Shown: piece after piece, positions 41,197 through 52,691 of the stretch
Numbering within the stretch: position 1 is the stretch's first letter
How the letters are laid out: every line of letters begins with the position of its first letter
NCBI GenBank assembly: GCA_963807165.1
Contig: CAWDZM010000001.1
Span: forward strand, 289,521 to 353,520
Origin: an uncultured bacterium
GTDB taxonomy: Bacteria; Patescibacteriota; Minisyncoccia; UBA6257; 2-01-FULL-56-20
Direction: 5' to 3'
Length of the DNA: 64,000 nucleotides
Program-made: the position numbers and the translations under genes
The notes under the pieces: generated by a model
Databases searched by the model: none
Seen by the model: the letters and a program-made list of their open reading frames with translations, nothing else
Told to the model about the DNA's origin: nothing

Positions 41197-41739
41197 TTAT
41201 TGGGTCGGCGCAGAACCGGCGCGGGAGAGGACGGTAAATGTTCCAACGTTCTGCGTGATATCCCCGGATATAACTGAAACGCTATAGGTGTGCGGCGGCG
41301 TAATTACCATGATAAATTGCGGACATGGCTCGGTCGGCTTGCAGTTTGGGCCAAGCGTCGACGGCACAGTGAACGTCAACATTTTTCCGTCCGGAGAAGA
41401 AATATCTTTCATTGAAGGCCCCACCAAACCACCGAACGTTACGGTATTTCCGGTCGCTGCAAAACCGCTTCCATGAATGGTCACCATCGTCCCAACGAGA
41501 CCGCTTGATGGAGAAAGGGAAAATCCTGTACTCGTGGAAGTGCTTATACCGGTTGAAGTTGGTGTTGTTGTCGTCGCAATGACTGGCGGAGTACTCGAAG
41601 CCGGAGCCGTAGACACGGGCGCAGGCACGGACGGTGCTTGCATATGGAAGTAATAGAACACGCCTCCGAGCACCACAATCCCGGCGGCGATCAACAATAT
41701 CATGATTACAGGAGCAAGCCCTCTACGATTGATATTCAT
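41197..41739 (-). CDS. Surface protein with a pilin-like N-terminus, S/T linker and IPT/TIG-like domain
   Basis: RRG/LAPVIMILLIAAG, Thr-rich linker, LSPSSG.VGT.VTI.GSGF. Confidence 0.7.
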   Translation of the reverse strand: MNINRRGLAPVIMILLIAAGIVVLGGVFYYFHMQAPSVPAPVSTAPASSTPPVIATTTTPTSTGISTSTSTGFSLSPSSGLVGTMVTIHGSGFAATGNTVTFGGLVGPSMKDISSPDGKMLTFTVPSTLGPNCKPTEPCPQFIMVITPPHTYSVSVISGDITQNVGTFTVLSRAGSAPTQ

Positions 41740-41775
41740 ACTATATGAAAACGTTCCAGGGAGGAAAGGGTTACA

Positions 41776-43554
41776 CTACGCCGCACCATCATCCGCATTC
41801 CCACTTTGTTCTTTCCACAACGCAGAATACAAGCCGTCAGGATTTTTCAGAAGCTCATGATGATTCCCCTGCTCGATCACATTCCCTTTGCGCATCACAT
41901 AGATGCGATCCGCGCGCGCGAGCGTCGAAAGCCGGTGCGCCACCATCACGATGATCAGATTCGGACGCGAGCGCGCGATCTGATGGATCGTCTCGGTGAT
42001 GGATTTTTCGGTGATGGAATCCAAGCTTGACGTCGCCTCATCAAAGATGATCAATTCCGGATCGCGCAACAACGCACGGGCGATGGCAAGACGCTGACGC
42101 TCGCCGCCAGAGATCTTGATGCCGCCTTCGCCGATCTTCGTGTCCAGACCTCGCGCAACTTCGCCGCCCGCACCGCCGCGCTCTGCGATCCCTTCAACCG
42201 ACGCGCTCCGCAACGCGTTCCAGCAATCATCATCGGTGGCGGCCGGTCGCACAAAGACCAGGTTGTCGCGCAGAGTACCCGCAAAGAGCTGAGTGTCTTG
42301 GGAAACGTAACCGATCTTCCGGCGCATCGCATCGTAATCGACGGTATCGCTATTTACTCCGTTCAATAAAATAGTCCCCTTGGTGGGTTTATATAGCCCG
42401 ACCAATAATTTGATCAGCGTCGTCTTCCCCGAACCGGAGTATCCGGCGAATGCGACCGTCTCGCCGCTCTTGATCGTCAGGTTCATATTCTGCAACGCGG
42501 TGAGTGCGCCGCTCTGATAGCCAAATTCCACATCCTTGAACTCCACCGTCTTCAGCGACTCGATCGTCACCGGATGCTCTGGCTTTTTCTCCGAAGGAAT
42601 TGCAAGGATCTCCTCAAGCTTCTCCATACTCCCACGCGACTCCTGATATTGCGAAGCCACCGTGCCGATGTCGCCGAGCGGCGAGAAGATATAGAAGGAA
42701 TAGAACCACAGCGCAAGGAATTCTCCGAGCGAGATCTTTCCGAGGAATATCAGCCAGAGCATCACGAACAAAATAATGGAGCGCATCGCGTTCACGATCG
42801 TGCCCTGCGTGAAGCTCAATTTGCGAATAAGTGTCAACTTGGAAAGCTCCAATGACAAAACTTTGTTATTGACCTCGTTAAGCCGCTTCGTTTCCTGCTC
42901 CTCTAATCCAAGACTCTTTACCAACTCCACGTTGCGGATCGTCTCCGTCGTGGACCCCGCAAGGTTCGCCGATTCGATGACGATATTTTTCTGGATTGCT
43001 TTTATCTTCTTCCCGAGGAAAAATAATGCCGTTCCCATGATCGGGATGACCATGAAATATAAAAGCCCGATGATCCAATTAACAAAGAACGCGTAGATAA
43101 GCACGAGCGTGATACCGACGAGCGATACAAAGATCACGTCCACAAAACTGATAATGAGTTGTTGCGCATCGAGCCGCGCCTTCTGCAATTTTTGCAGCAG
43201 CTCGCCCGAGCGCTGGTCCTCGAATATCGCGTATGGCAGCGAGAACGAATGCGCGACGCTGTGCGCATAGAGCTCCGTGCCGACGCGCTGGGCAACCATG
43301 TTCTCATAATATTGCTGAAAGTTCTTTGCGGTGCGGGAAATAAGCGCGGCGGTAATGGAGATCAGCAACAACAATCCCACGCCGCGCAAAAAATCGCTGT
43401 TCGATATCGAGCCAATTTTTGCGACGTAGTTATCAATAATGAACTGGAACACCTGCGGATCCACCAGCGAGAACGCGATGTTCACCGCCGCAAAGACGAG
43501 CGTCAACGTGAGCGCTTTTTTATGCCTTTTAATATAGCTGAAAAGAAGTTGCAT
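41776..43554 (-). CDS. ABC exporter, fused permease/ATPase
   Basis: TM domain plus GYSGSGKTT, ISGGERQR, DEATSSLD. Confidence 0.92.
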   Translation of the reverse strand: MQLLFSYIKRHKKALTLTLVFAAVNIAFSLVDPQVFQFIIDNYVAKIGSISNSDFLRGVGLLLLISITAALISRTAKNFQQYYENMVAQRVGTELYAHSVAHSFSLPYAIFEDQRSGELLQKLQKARLDAQQLIISFVDVIFVSLVGITLVLIYAFFVNWIIGLLYFMVIPIMGTALFFLGKKIKAIQKNIVIESANLAGSTTETIRNVELVKSLGLEEQETKRLNEVNNKVLSLELSKLTLIRKLSFTQGTIVNAMRSIILFVMLWLIFLGKISLGEFLALWFYSFYIFSPLGDIGTVASQYQESRGSMEKLEEILAIPSEKKPEHPVTIESLKTVEFKDVEFGYQSGALTALQNMNLTIKSGETVAFAGYSGSGKTTLIKLLVGLYKPTKGTILLNGVNSDTVDYDAMRRKIGYVSQDTQLFAGTLRDNLVFVRPAATDDDCWNALRSASVEGIAERGGAGGEVARGLDTKIGEGGIKISGGERQRLAIARALLRDPELIIFDEATSSLDSITEKSITETIHQIARSRPNLIIVMVAHRLSTLARADRIYVMRKGNVIEQGNHHELLKNPDGLYSALWKEQSGNADDGAA

Positions 43555-43555
43555 G

Positions 43556-45604
43556 TTATTTCTTTTTCTTCATGATCTTCGCGTCCTTCATAATCTCTTC
43601 CACCGTCTCCGCCTTCTTGTTCAGCTCGCGTATCTCATCGCGCAAAATTCCGGCAAGCTCGAAGTTCAACTCCTTCGCCGCCGCGCGCATATCTTTTTCC
43701 TTCTCCGCAATCAGGCGCTGAAGCGCAGTCTTGGAACGCGGCACCGGCATGGTTTCCAACTTCAATATCTCATCAATGTTCGGCAAGATGTCCGAGATCT
43801 TGCGCACGATCGTGCGCGGCGTAATGTTGTGCTCTTTATTATACGCAACCTGGATCGCGCGGCGGCGATCGGTCTCGCGGATGGCGCGTTCAATGGAACC
43901 AGTGATGTTGTCCGCGTACATTACCACCTCGCCCTCCACGTTACGCGCCGCCCGCCCAATGGTCTGGATGAGTGAAACTTCGCTCCGCAAAAATCCTTCT
44001 TTATCCGCATCCAAAATAGCGACGAGCGAAACCTCCGGCAAGTCGAGCCCCTCGCGGAGCAAGTTCACGCCGACGAGCACTTCTATCTTGCCACGGCGAA
44101 GATCGGTCAGGATTTTGATGCGATCCATCGTCTTCACATCGCTGTGCAAATAATTCACTTTTATTTTTTTCTCTTCAAGGTAACTCGAAAGGTCTTCCGC
44201 CATACGCTTGGTGAGCGTTGTCACAAGCACGCGCTCGTGCTTCGCCACGCGCTCCTCTATGCGCGGGATAAGATCCTCCACCTGGCCGCGCGCGGGCTTA
44301 ATCGTGATCTTTGGATCCACAAGGCCGGTCGGACGAATGATCTGCTCCACCACCTGGCCCTTCGGCGGCTGACTGACTTTGATCTCGTACGGCGACGGCG
44401 TGGCAGAAGTATAGATAACCTGACCGATGCGCTCGTCGAACTCACTAAATCGGAGCGGGCGGTTATCGATCGCGGACGGCAAACGGAAGCCGTATTCCAC
44501 GAGCGTCTTCTTTCGCGCCGCGTCGCCGTTGAACATGCCCTGCAATTGCGGCACCGTCATGTGCGATTCGTCGATGATCGTGAGAAAATCCGGCGAGCCG
44601 TCATCAAGGTGCGGGAAATAATCGAGCAGCGTTGCGGGCGGCTCGCCTGCGGCGCGGCCGGAGAGATGGCGCGAATAGTTCTCGATGCCGTGACAATAGC
44701 CCACCTCATCCATCATGGCGAGGTCGAACTTGGTGCGACGCTCCAGCCGCTCCGCCTCCAAAAACTTCTTTTCCTTTTCAAAAAGCGCGAGTTGATCTTT
44801 TAATTCTTTTTTAATACTTACCAACGCGCGCTCACGCGACGCAGGCGCGGTGATAAAGTGTTTTGCCGGCGCAAATAATATATCCGGAATGGACGGCGTC
44901 TTACCCGGCTGAAAGCCGGCGACCGGATCAATCTCATAGATCGCGCGGATGATGCCACCCGAAACCTCCAGGTTATAGATGACCTCGCGGTCCGCTGGCA
45001 TGATCTCCCAGTTCTCGCCACGCAAGCGATACGTGGCGCGCTTAAGATCCGCCGTCGTGCGGTTGAATTGCAGAGAGATCAGCTTGCGCGAGAACTCGCG
45101 GCGCTCCACCGCATCGCCCACCTTGAAGCGGATGATATTTTTTGCATATTCCTCCGGCGCGCCGAGACCGTAGATGCACGACACGGATGCCACGATGATC
45201 ACATCGCGCCGCGTGAGGAGCGCCATCGTCGCTGCGTGGCGCAACTTGTCAATCTCGTCATTGATCAACGCCTCCTTGTCTATATAGGTATCGCTCGACG
45301 GCATGTACGCCTCCGGCTGATAGTAGTCATAGTACGAAACAAAATAATTGACGGACGAATTCGGAAAGAGCTCGCGGAACTCATTGCACAGCTGTGCAGC
45401 GAGCGTCTTGTTGTGCGCGATCACGAGCGTCGGCTTGCCCATCTGCTGGATCACATTCGCCATCGTGAATGTTTTTCCGGAGCCGGTCACGCCGAGCAGA
45501 GTCTGATCGCGCAAGCCTTAGCGCAAACCCGAAACAAGCGATGCAATCGCTTTCGGCTGGTCCCCCGCGGGCTGGTTGTCTGATTCGATCTTAAAGTAGT
45601 TCAT
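43556..45604 (-). CDS. uvrB: Excinuclease ABC subunit B with an in-frame TAA at codon 29
   Basis: ATG 45604 MNYFKIESDNQPAGDQPKAI..GLR*GLRDQTLLGVTGSGKT; DESH, LLREGLD, QTIGRAARN. Confidence 0.93.
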
Positions 45605-45881
45605 AGTACTCTACGATATAAATGGCGCCCCTTGCCCGAGGGCTATAGGGGTTGCTCATCCAAACTTCTACCAGACTATTTTAATGTTTTTTTAATGGGG
45701 AGTCAAAATATAAAAACGAAAAACCGCGTTTCGGCCTCACACCGGAAAGCGGTCTTTCTTCTAACTAACAGTATCCATTCTAGCACATTTTGGACCAGGT
45801 CAAAATGGGGATAGCGGCGATATAAAAATGCCCGGATGCGCTTTCGCTTTTCCGGGCATTTGCCCAACAAGTTTGGATAGA

Positions 45882-46301
45882 TCAACGACGATCGATGTAT
45901 TCGTGGCTGATGCCCGGCAACTGACGTTCCACTTGACGAATCGCCCGGCCGACATCGACCTTCTGTTCGGAACTCCACGATCCCTCTTTTTGATCGATGG
46001 GATGCACACGAACCTGAATAAAGGCATCAGGAGAAAATTCCGCAATCTTGGCTCCAAGCACCCGCGCGAAAAGGTTACGACTTCCATTCCTGGACTTTAC
46101 AGAGAGACCCTCAACGGTGATGCTGATCACCCGGCTCCTGTTTATGCAAAATCCCGCGGCCGGAAAAAAATGAAAGATAAGATCTTTTTCCGTGAAATCC
46201 CAAGCCCTCTGAAGGCATAAAGCGGCCACACAATTGCGATAGAGCGACCGTTGTGCATTTTCGTCCATCTCCGGCAATCCAAAAATCATTACAGTTATCA
46301 T
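45882..46301 (-). CDS. Orphan protein, possibly a duplicated beta-alpha-beta (tautomerase-like) fold
   Basis: GGAGG SD, TTGACA-17-TATTCT promoter; fold call is inference. Confidence 0.6.
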   Translation of the reverse strand: MITVMIFGLPEMDENAQRSLYRNCVAALCLQRAWDFTEKDLIFHFFPAAGFCINRSRVISITVEGLSVKSRNGSRNLFARVLGAKIAEFSPDAFIQVRVHPIDQKEGSWSSEQKVDVGRAIRQVERQLPGISHEYIDRR

Positions 46302-46374
46302 TTTCGCCTCCTACTAGAAATGTGCTACTGCCCCGATAGAATACGATTCTAAAGCGGCACTGTCAAATCATTCC

Positions 46375-47031
46375 CTACCCCAGCACCTTCGTCAGCGGGC
46401 ATAGCTCGTGCTTGTGCGGGCGCGCAACGCAGTAGGCGCGGCCGTAGTCGATGATCATATACGTGGCGGTGAACCAATCTTTGCGCGGGATGATGGCCAT
46501 CAGATCCTGCTCGATCTTTTCCGGCGTCTTCTCGCGCGTGAGGCCGAGCAGCTGCGACAGGCGCATCACGTGTGTGTCCACCGCGATCCCCTCCACCACG
46601 CCGTAGGCGTTGCCGAGGATGACATTCGCCGACTTGCGCCCGACGCCGGGCACTTTGATCATTTCCGCCATCGTGCGCGGCAGAGTGCCGCCGCACTTCT
46701 CTTTTATATACTTTGCCGCCGCCAGAATGTTCTTCGTCTTCGCGCGATAGAAGCCGCAGGCGTGGATCATATTCTCGAACTGCCGGACGCCGGCCGCGGT
46801 CTTGCCCGCCTTCACATATGCATCAAGTGTGGGATATTTTTTGAACAATGCGGGCGTCACCTGGTTCACTTTTTTGTCCGTGCACTGCGCGGAGAGCTGA
46901 ACCGCCACGAGCAGTTCCCATGAGTTGCCAAAGGTCAGCGCGATCTTTGGATGCGGAAAAAGCTTATGCAAAGTTTTAGCAATCTTTACCCAGCGCTTTT
47001 TATAATACGGAAGGTCTTTTCCTGAAATCAT
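46375..47031 (-). CDS. nth: Endonuclease III
   Basis: LLVAVQLSAQCTD, PGVGRKSANV, AVDTHV. Confidence 0.94.
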   Translation of the reverse strand: MISGKDLPYYKKRWVKIAKTLHKLFPHPKIALTFGNSWELLVAVQLSAQCTDKKVNQVTPALFKKYPTLDAYVKAGKTAAGVRQFENMIHACGFYRAKTKNILAAAKYIKEKCGGTLPRTMAEMIKVPGVGRKSANVILGNAYGVVEGIAVDTHVMRLSQLLGLTREKTPEKIEQDLMAIIPRKDWFTATYMIIDYGRAYCVARPHKHELCPLTKVLG

Positions 47032-47129
47032 AGATAGATGATATGGTTTATCTTTATTATAGCCGAGATAAAAAATATTGCCTAAAAGTAATTTTTATGC
47101 CATATTAAATTCAGCGAAAGGAGCGGCTT

Positions 47130-47405
47130 ATGCCAACCAAAAAACGGAAAAAGCCGGGAGTGTTGACGAAAATCGCCATTCGAGAAACCTCCAAAACCTA
47201 TTCTAAGTGCCGCCCCGATTTCTTGGGATCCCGAGAAGCCGCGCTGGATAAGATGCAGCTCGAACCTTACTCCACGACAAAAAACGAAGTCCGCAGTGAA
47301 ATCTCTCGAAATGGAGCTCACCGTAGCAATGCAGTTCAGCGGAAAAAGAGACGAATCAAGTTTATCAATGACCACCACGGGAATCTCTTCCCGCCCGCCG
47401 CCTAG
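47130..47405 (+). CDS. Possible orphan basic protein
   Basis: AAAGGAG SD before the ATG; no recognisable domain. Confidence 0.35.
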   Translation: MPTKKRKKPGVLTKIAIRETSKTYSKCRPDFLGSREAALDKMQLEPYSTTKNEVRSEISRNGAHRSNAVQRKKRRIKFINDHHGNLFPPAA

Positions 47406-47427
47406 CACATGCTGGGCGGATTTTTTA

Positions 47428-47961
47428 TTAAGAGATTTCGTCGCCCGTGCGCTTCAACTTCCGCATCGTAACTTTTCCCGGAATGCTAAAGTCCACCTCA
47501 TCACAGGAGTCTATAATACCGCGAATTCCCCGGCCGCTCGTCTTTAATAATCCTTCAGGAGAAGTGGGATCGGGAATATGTTTGGAGTCGATAACTTTTT
47601 TTGCTTCATCTTCCACAACCACCACCACGTCATGATTGGAGAGCGTGATTTCCACGGTGATATTTTTATTATTCAGGGCGCTCTCCTGTGCTGCGAGAAT
47701 GCGCGCCTCATAACTTTCTTTCGATTCATCAGGCTCCCATTCTATAGCTAAATTTCCATGAATGATCGCATTCGTGATCGCTTCATCAATCGCATAATCA
47801 AATGTCCCGATCTCATCTTCGGTCCATCCGGCTTCGCTAAGACGTTTTTCTAACGCCTCTGCCGCAGCAGCGCCTTCGGTAACCCGGCTTTCGAGCGTCC
47901 AGCGATCCCCCTCATATTTATTATTCTCTCTTTCCAAGCCGCCGGAATGTTCGATGCTCAT
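47428..47961 (-). CDS. RsbW-like anti-sigma factor/GHKL kinase
   Basis: AIDEAITNAIIHGN, V.VEDE, PDP, SGRGI. Confidence 0.8.
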   Translation of the reverse strand: MSIEHSGGLERENNKYEGDRWTLESRVTEGAAAAEALEKRLSEAGWTEDEIGTFDYAIDEAITNAIIHGNLAIEWEPDESKESYEARILAAQESALNNKNITVEITLSNHDVVVVVEDEAKKVIDSKHIPDPTSPEGLLKTSGRGIRGIIDSCDEVDFSIPGKVTMRKLKRTGDEIS

Positions 47962-48050
47962 GAGCGGATTGGATTATATAAAAACAGCACGCCGAGCAAA
48001 ACGACAATGATCACGCCGAGTACAATCACCAAAATCCAAGCCATTTTCAT
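47958..48050 (-). CDS. 30-aa single-TM peptide
   Basis: TGgTATAAT 6 nt before the ATG; MKMAWILVIVLGVIIVVLLGVLFLYNPIRS; ATGA coupling to the RsbW-like gene. Confidence 0.6.
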   Translation of the reverse strand: MKMAWILVIVLGVIIVVLLGVLFLYNPIRS

Positions 48051-48100
48051 GCTTTTATTATACCAAAAGGCAGATGGTGGTGCGTAACGCCGGACAGTCC

Positions 48101-48373
48101 TTATTTCAGCGCCCCTTCGCGCCGTAGGAGCGCGATCTTTTTTGCCGCGCCCCACGCGTAGCCGCCCGGCGTGCCGTCGGAGCGGACCACCCGATGGCAT
48201 GGCACCTTTTTGGTGTCGGGATTCTTGTTCATGATGTTCCCCACCGCGCGATAGGCCTTCGGCCGTCCCGCGCGCCGCGCCACCTCCGCGTACGTCAACG
48301 TCTTCCCCCGCGGGATCTTTGCAACGACGGCGTACACTTTTTCAGCAAAAGATGTGGATCGAGGCTTTTTCAT
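48101..48373 (-). CDS. O6-methylguanine-DNA methyltransferase C-terminal domain protein
   Basis: IPRGKTLTY, RAVG, VPCHRVV, LLRREG. Confidence 0.9.
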   Translation of the reverse strand: MKKPRSTSFAEKVYAVVAKIPRGKTLTYAEVARRAGRPKAYRAVGNIMNKNPDTKKVPCHRVVRSDGTPGGYAWGAAKKIALLRREGALK

Positions 48374-48462
48374 ATACACCCATTATAAAACAATCTCCCA
48401 GACGTTGTCTAAATATAAAAAAACGGGCCGGGAGCGTTGCTCCCAGCCCATGCTGTAGTGAT

Positions 48463-48975
48463 CTACCAAATCTGACGAAACACCGCTTCGGTCCCCTCCT
48501 CATTGACAAGATCCATATGGAACGTGTAGATAGTAAGCAAGGGCGGAGCGAGACCCCGCACTGTGTGCGAGTAGGTTTCAAGATCTCTCTCCTGAAGAGC
48601 CTTCATCGTAGAGCACTCTCCAAGAAATTGCTCTCCGTAAGCTACAAGTGCCTCTGCATACCGAGCACAACGATCGTGGGTGATGCCGATAGAGTGGGTG
48701 ATGCTGGGAAATTTCTCGAATGCGAACTTCAGATCGCCCTCGAAATGCCTGAACGTGCTAGGCAGACGGAACTGTTGGGCGGCGGGAAATGCCCCTCCGA
48801 ATTCCGACATAAACAGGCATTCGTCGAGCTCAAAACCAAGCACTCGTTGGATAAACATTTGCACCGCGCCCTGGATCTTTATATCGCGACAACAATGAAT
48901 CAGTGCGCGAGGGGAAGCAGCAGGGAGCACATGGTATGTATTAGCAGCGGTGGATATTGCAACAGCACTAGACAC
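48463..48975 (-). CDS. Orphan hypothetical protein
   Basis: 170 aa ORF followed by a hairpin/T-tract at ~48416-48449. Confidence 0.5.
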   Translation of the reverse strand: MSSAVAISTAANTYHVLPAASPRALIHCCRDIKIQGAVQMFIQRVLGFELDECLFMSEFGGAFPAAQQFRLPSTFRHFEGDLKFAFEKFPSITHSIGITHDRCARYAEALVAYGEQFLGECSTMKALQERDLETYSHTVRGLAPPLLTIYTFHMDLVNEEGTEAVFRQIW

Positions 48976-49023
48976 TAGGCCTTCTCCAGGTTGGATTTTG
49001 TACTGGAAAGAAGTATACCATAA

Positions 49024-49461
49024 CTACACTATCTTGTACAATCCATCAAAATCCGCGAAGACTGCATCGATGACCAAAATATTCGGCAACTCTTTTTTTA
49101 TAAAATCGCGGGCCGCTGACAGCTGCTTCGAAAGCTCCACCTTTTCCGCATCAGCATCAGCAAAGCTCTTCGAGCCGCCAAACGCGCCGCAATCGCGATG
49201 GAGCATAAGAACGACGTGGTTCGTGCCATGCAACCGCACCGAGGTCTTGATCTGGTTCAAGACAAAATCCCGGTCAGGCGATGCTTCGCCCGCGAGCGCC
49301 TTCGCGCCGCCGGCGAGCTTCACGAGATCGATATGCGCAAAGCCTTCCTGCTTTCCAAACGCCTTTAATAATTTATAAAATCGGTCGTCGAAGCACCACA
49401 CGACACACGCATTGGCGGCATAATGTTCTTTTGACGATGCAAACTTAACGAATGGTTCCAT
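49024..49461 (-). CDS. Beta-carbonic anhydrase-like protein
   Basis: CFDDR and HRDCGA Zn ligands. Confidence 0.8.
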   Translation of the reverse strand: MEPFVKFASSKEHYAANACVVWCFDDRFYKLLKAFGKQEGFAHIDLVKLAGGAKALAGEASPDRDFVLNQIKTSVRLHGTNHVVLMLHRDCGAFGGSKSFADADAEKVELSKQLSAARDFIKKELPNILVIDAVFADFDGLYKIV

Positions 49462-49485
49462 AATAAAGTATTAAAATTTTGTTAA

Positions 49486-49734
49486 TTATTTTGCTTCCTC
49501 CACTAAGATCTTCGCCTGGCTTCCCGAATCAACTTCCAAAAAACCGGACCTGACGGGGATATAGATCTCCTTTCCTTCCCTGTCCACGATCGTCATCGTC
49601 CCCTTTTCCAAAAGGGAGATGAGCGGCTCGTGATGATCAAGAATGGTGATCTCGCCGGAGCGCGTATTGCAATTTACCGACTTCGCGTCGCCCTGGAATA
49701 ATATTTTTTGCAATGAGTAAACGCCGAGCTTCAT
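49486..49734 (-). CDS. atpC: ATP synthase epsilon (N-terminal beta domain only)
   Basis: GEITILDHHEPLIS.L..G, SGFLEV; follows atpD. Confidence 0.88.
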   Translation of the reverse strand: MKLGVYSLQKILFQGDAKSVNCNTRSGEITILDHHEPLISLLEKGTMTIVDREGKEIYIPVRSGFLEVDSGSQAKILVEEAK

Positions 49735-49737
49735 AGA

Positions 49738-51156
<1,419 letters not shown>

Positions 51157-51552
51157 CTATGGCGCGTGCAAACGCTGTATCGCCTCAATCTTTTCTACGC
51201 GATGACCAAGAGCAACTATCGCTTCTTTATCCGCCTTTCTGCGCAAATCCCCCGCGAGGCCGTCGAATTTTTTATCTAACTTATCGAGCTTTCCATCCAC
51301 CTTGATGAGTTTTCCTTTAAGCCCAACAAGATGTTCTTCTGTTAACATTGATTTTACCTCTAGGCGCATAACTTTATCCTCGAGTTGGCTAAATCTTCCC
51401 GATAACGCATCAATACTTTCATTGGTGCCAGTCTGCCCCTCTATGATAAGATCCATTTTATCATTTAGCACCTCAGACATCATTCCATCGGAAAACGACG
51501 TCTTCTGCTTCTTTTTGTTCGATATTTTTTTATTTTCCATAACTCCAATCAT
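51157..51552 (-). CDS. Coiled-coil hypothetical protein
   Basis: Heptad pattern, KADKE..AL..RVEKIE tail; TGcTATAAT upstream. Confidence 0.65.
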   Translation of the reverse strand: MIGVMENKKISNKKKQKTSFSDGMMSEVLNDKMDLIIEGQTGTNESIDALSGRFSQLEDKVMRLEVKSMLTEEHLVGLKGKLIKVDGKLDKLDKKFDGLAGDLRRKADKEAIVALGHRVEKIEAIQRLHAP

Positions 51553-51621
51553 AGAAGTTTATTATAGCATTGCAAATAATTTTTCATAAACATTTAATGT
51601 TTTACAGAACCGCATTTCGAT

Positions 51622-51673
51622 CATTAAAAATTGATGAAAAACTTTTTGACTAAAATTTTTCACGCACTAAAAT
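51622..51673 (+). promoter_or_regulatory. Promoter of the candidate ncRNA
   Basis: CATTAAA-N17-TTGACT-N16-TAAAAT. Confidence 0.65.
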
Positions 51674-51683
51674 GAGAGATTTT

Positions 51684-52235
51684 AAAAGTTATTCAGATCT
51701 TTCACGCTGGAAATAATGGCCGAACAATCCCCGTGGTATGGGATAAGACATCTCCCCGTGGCTAGTAGGGTGATTCCAAAAGCCTGACGCCGGCGGCTGA
51801 AACGCCGCCGTCTAAGCCAACGAGCAAGTGCTCGAGGCATGAGGAGAGAGTACGAGGCGCAACTCCTACACGATTAACAATTGAAGGGGTAGTACCCCGC
51901 GCATAGCTCCGGGTAAGGCCGAGGGTTCTATTCGGCTACACATACGCCCGCGTTGTGCGGAATAAAACAAGAGCGCTAGACGCGACGAGGAGACAGTAGT
52001 TTTACTACGACTCCGAGGAGCAACGACACGCTCTTGTTTTATAACCACAACCCGAAGGGATCTTAGAAAAATACCATAAGCCTGCGTTACTCCTCCTTGG
52101 AGTGATAAAATCACACCATCGTCGCCGCGCCTTGGCTTGCGGTCTTTTTCTAAGATCGCGGGCGTATGTGTAGCCGAATAGAACCCCACCCAGTCATTCC
52201 GGTTGTTTCCAGCGTGAAGGGTCGGAATAATTTTT
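51684..52235 (+). ncRNA. Candidate large structured ncRNA, unassigned (possibly ROOL-like)
   Basis: 33-bp terminal helix (28 WC, 4 G.U on +, 1 mismatch), many internal hairpins, promoter and terminator, no credible ORF. Confidence 0.65.
51923..52186. repeat. Palindromic insert within the candidate ncRNA
   Basis: Perfect 30-bp arms 51923-51952/52157-52186 enclosing two hairpin modules related by inversion. Confidence 0.85.
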
Positions 52236-52248
52236 ATGATAAAAAAAT

Positions 52249-52295
52249 GAACCTTGCTCAAGGGTTCTACTTTTTACACGCAAAAGCGTGTAAGC
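52249..52295. terminator. Tandem terminator hairpins
   Basis: gaacctt-gctca-agggttc-tacttttt and ttacacgc-aaaa-gcgtgtaa. Confidence 0.6.
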
Positions 52296-52296
52296 A

Positions 52297-52569
52297 TTAT
52301 GACCACCAGTCGCCTTCATTTCTGATTGGACCGGAATCGCATTCCAGGCCTCCATGTGCAACATATTGCATCAGGAGGTAGTTGGCTGCGGAGATTGGCC
52401 ACATAAAGAGACTGATGAGGATCCAGAGCGGCATCGCAACGCGCGGGCTGAATCCGTTGTTGGGATTGTAAGGTTCGCCACGACGGATTACGAACTCTCG
52501 AACCCATAGACAGGCCATAAGTAACGCCGGACCTACCCATAGGATAAAAAACCATACCCATTCCTTCAT
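52297..52569 (-). CDS. Orphan small membrane protein
   Basis: GAGGAGG SD, TTGACA-16-TATAAT promoter, two hydrophobic segments. Confidence 0.65.
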   Translation of the reverse strand: MKEWVWFFILWVGPALLMACLWVREFVIRRGEPYNPNNGFSPRVAMPLWILISLFMWPISAANYLLMQYVAHGGLECDSGPIRNEGDWWS

Positions 52570-52691
52570 GATTCCTCCTCGCTGACTGACAAGCGGCGTA
52601 GATATTGAACTATCGAAATGAAGCCGCTGACTGCATTATAACATATCAATATATCTTGTCAAATTCATGCGTTTTTACCGCCTCACGCATA

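Noticed and set aside
45518-45520. Stop-codon reassignment (alternative genetic code)
   Set aside because: TAA, TAG and TGA all terminate conserved genes here and prfB is present; only one internal stop was seen
51684-52235. tmRNA, RNase P RNA, SRP RNA or group I/II intron
   Set aside because: No tRNA-like ends, no GAGGAAAGTCC, no SRP domain IV consensus, no domain V or P7 signature seen by eye
51866-52261. 131-aa minus-strand ORF
   Set aside because: Runs through the palindromic region, has no domain or start signals, and the region is better explained as structured RNA
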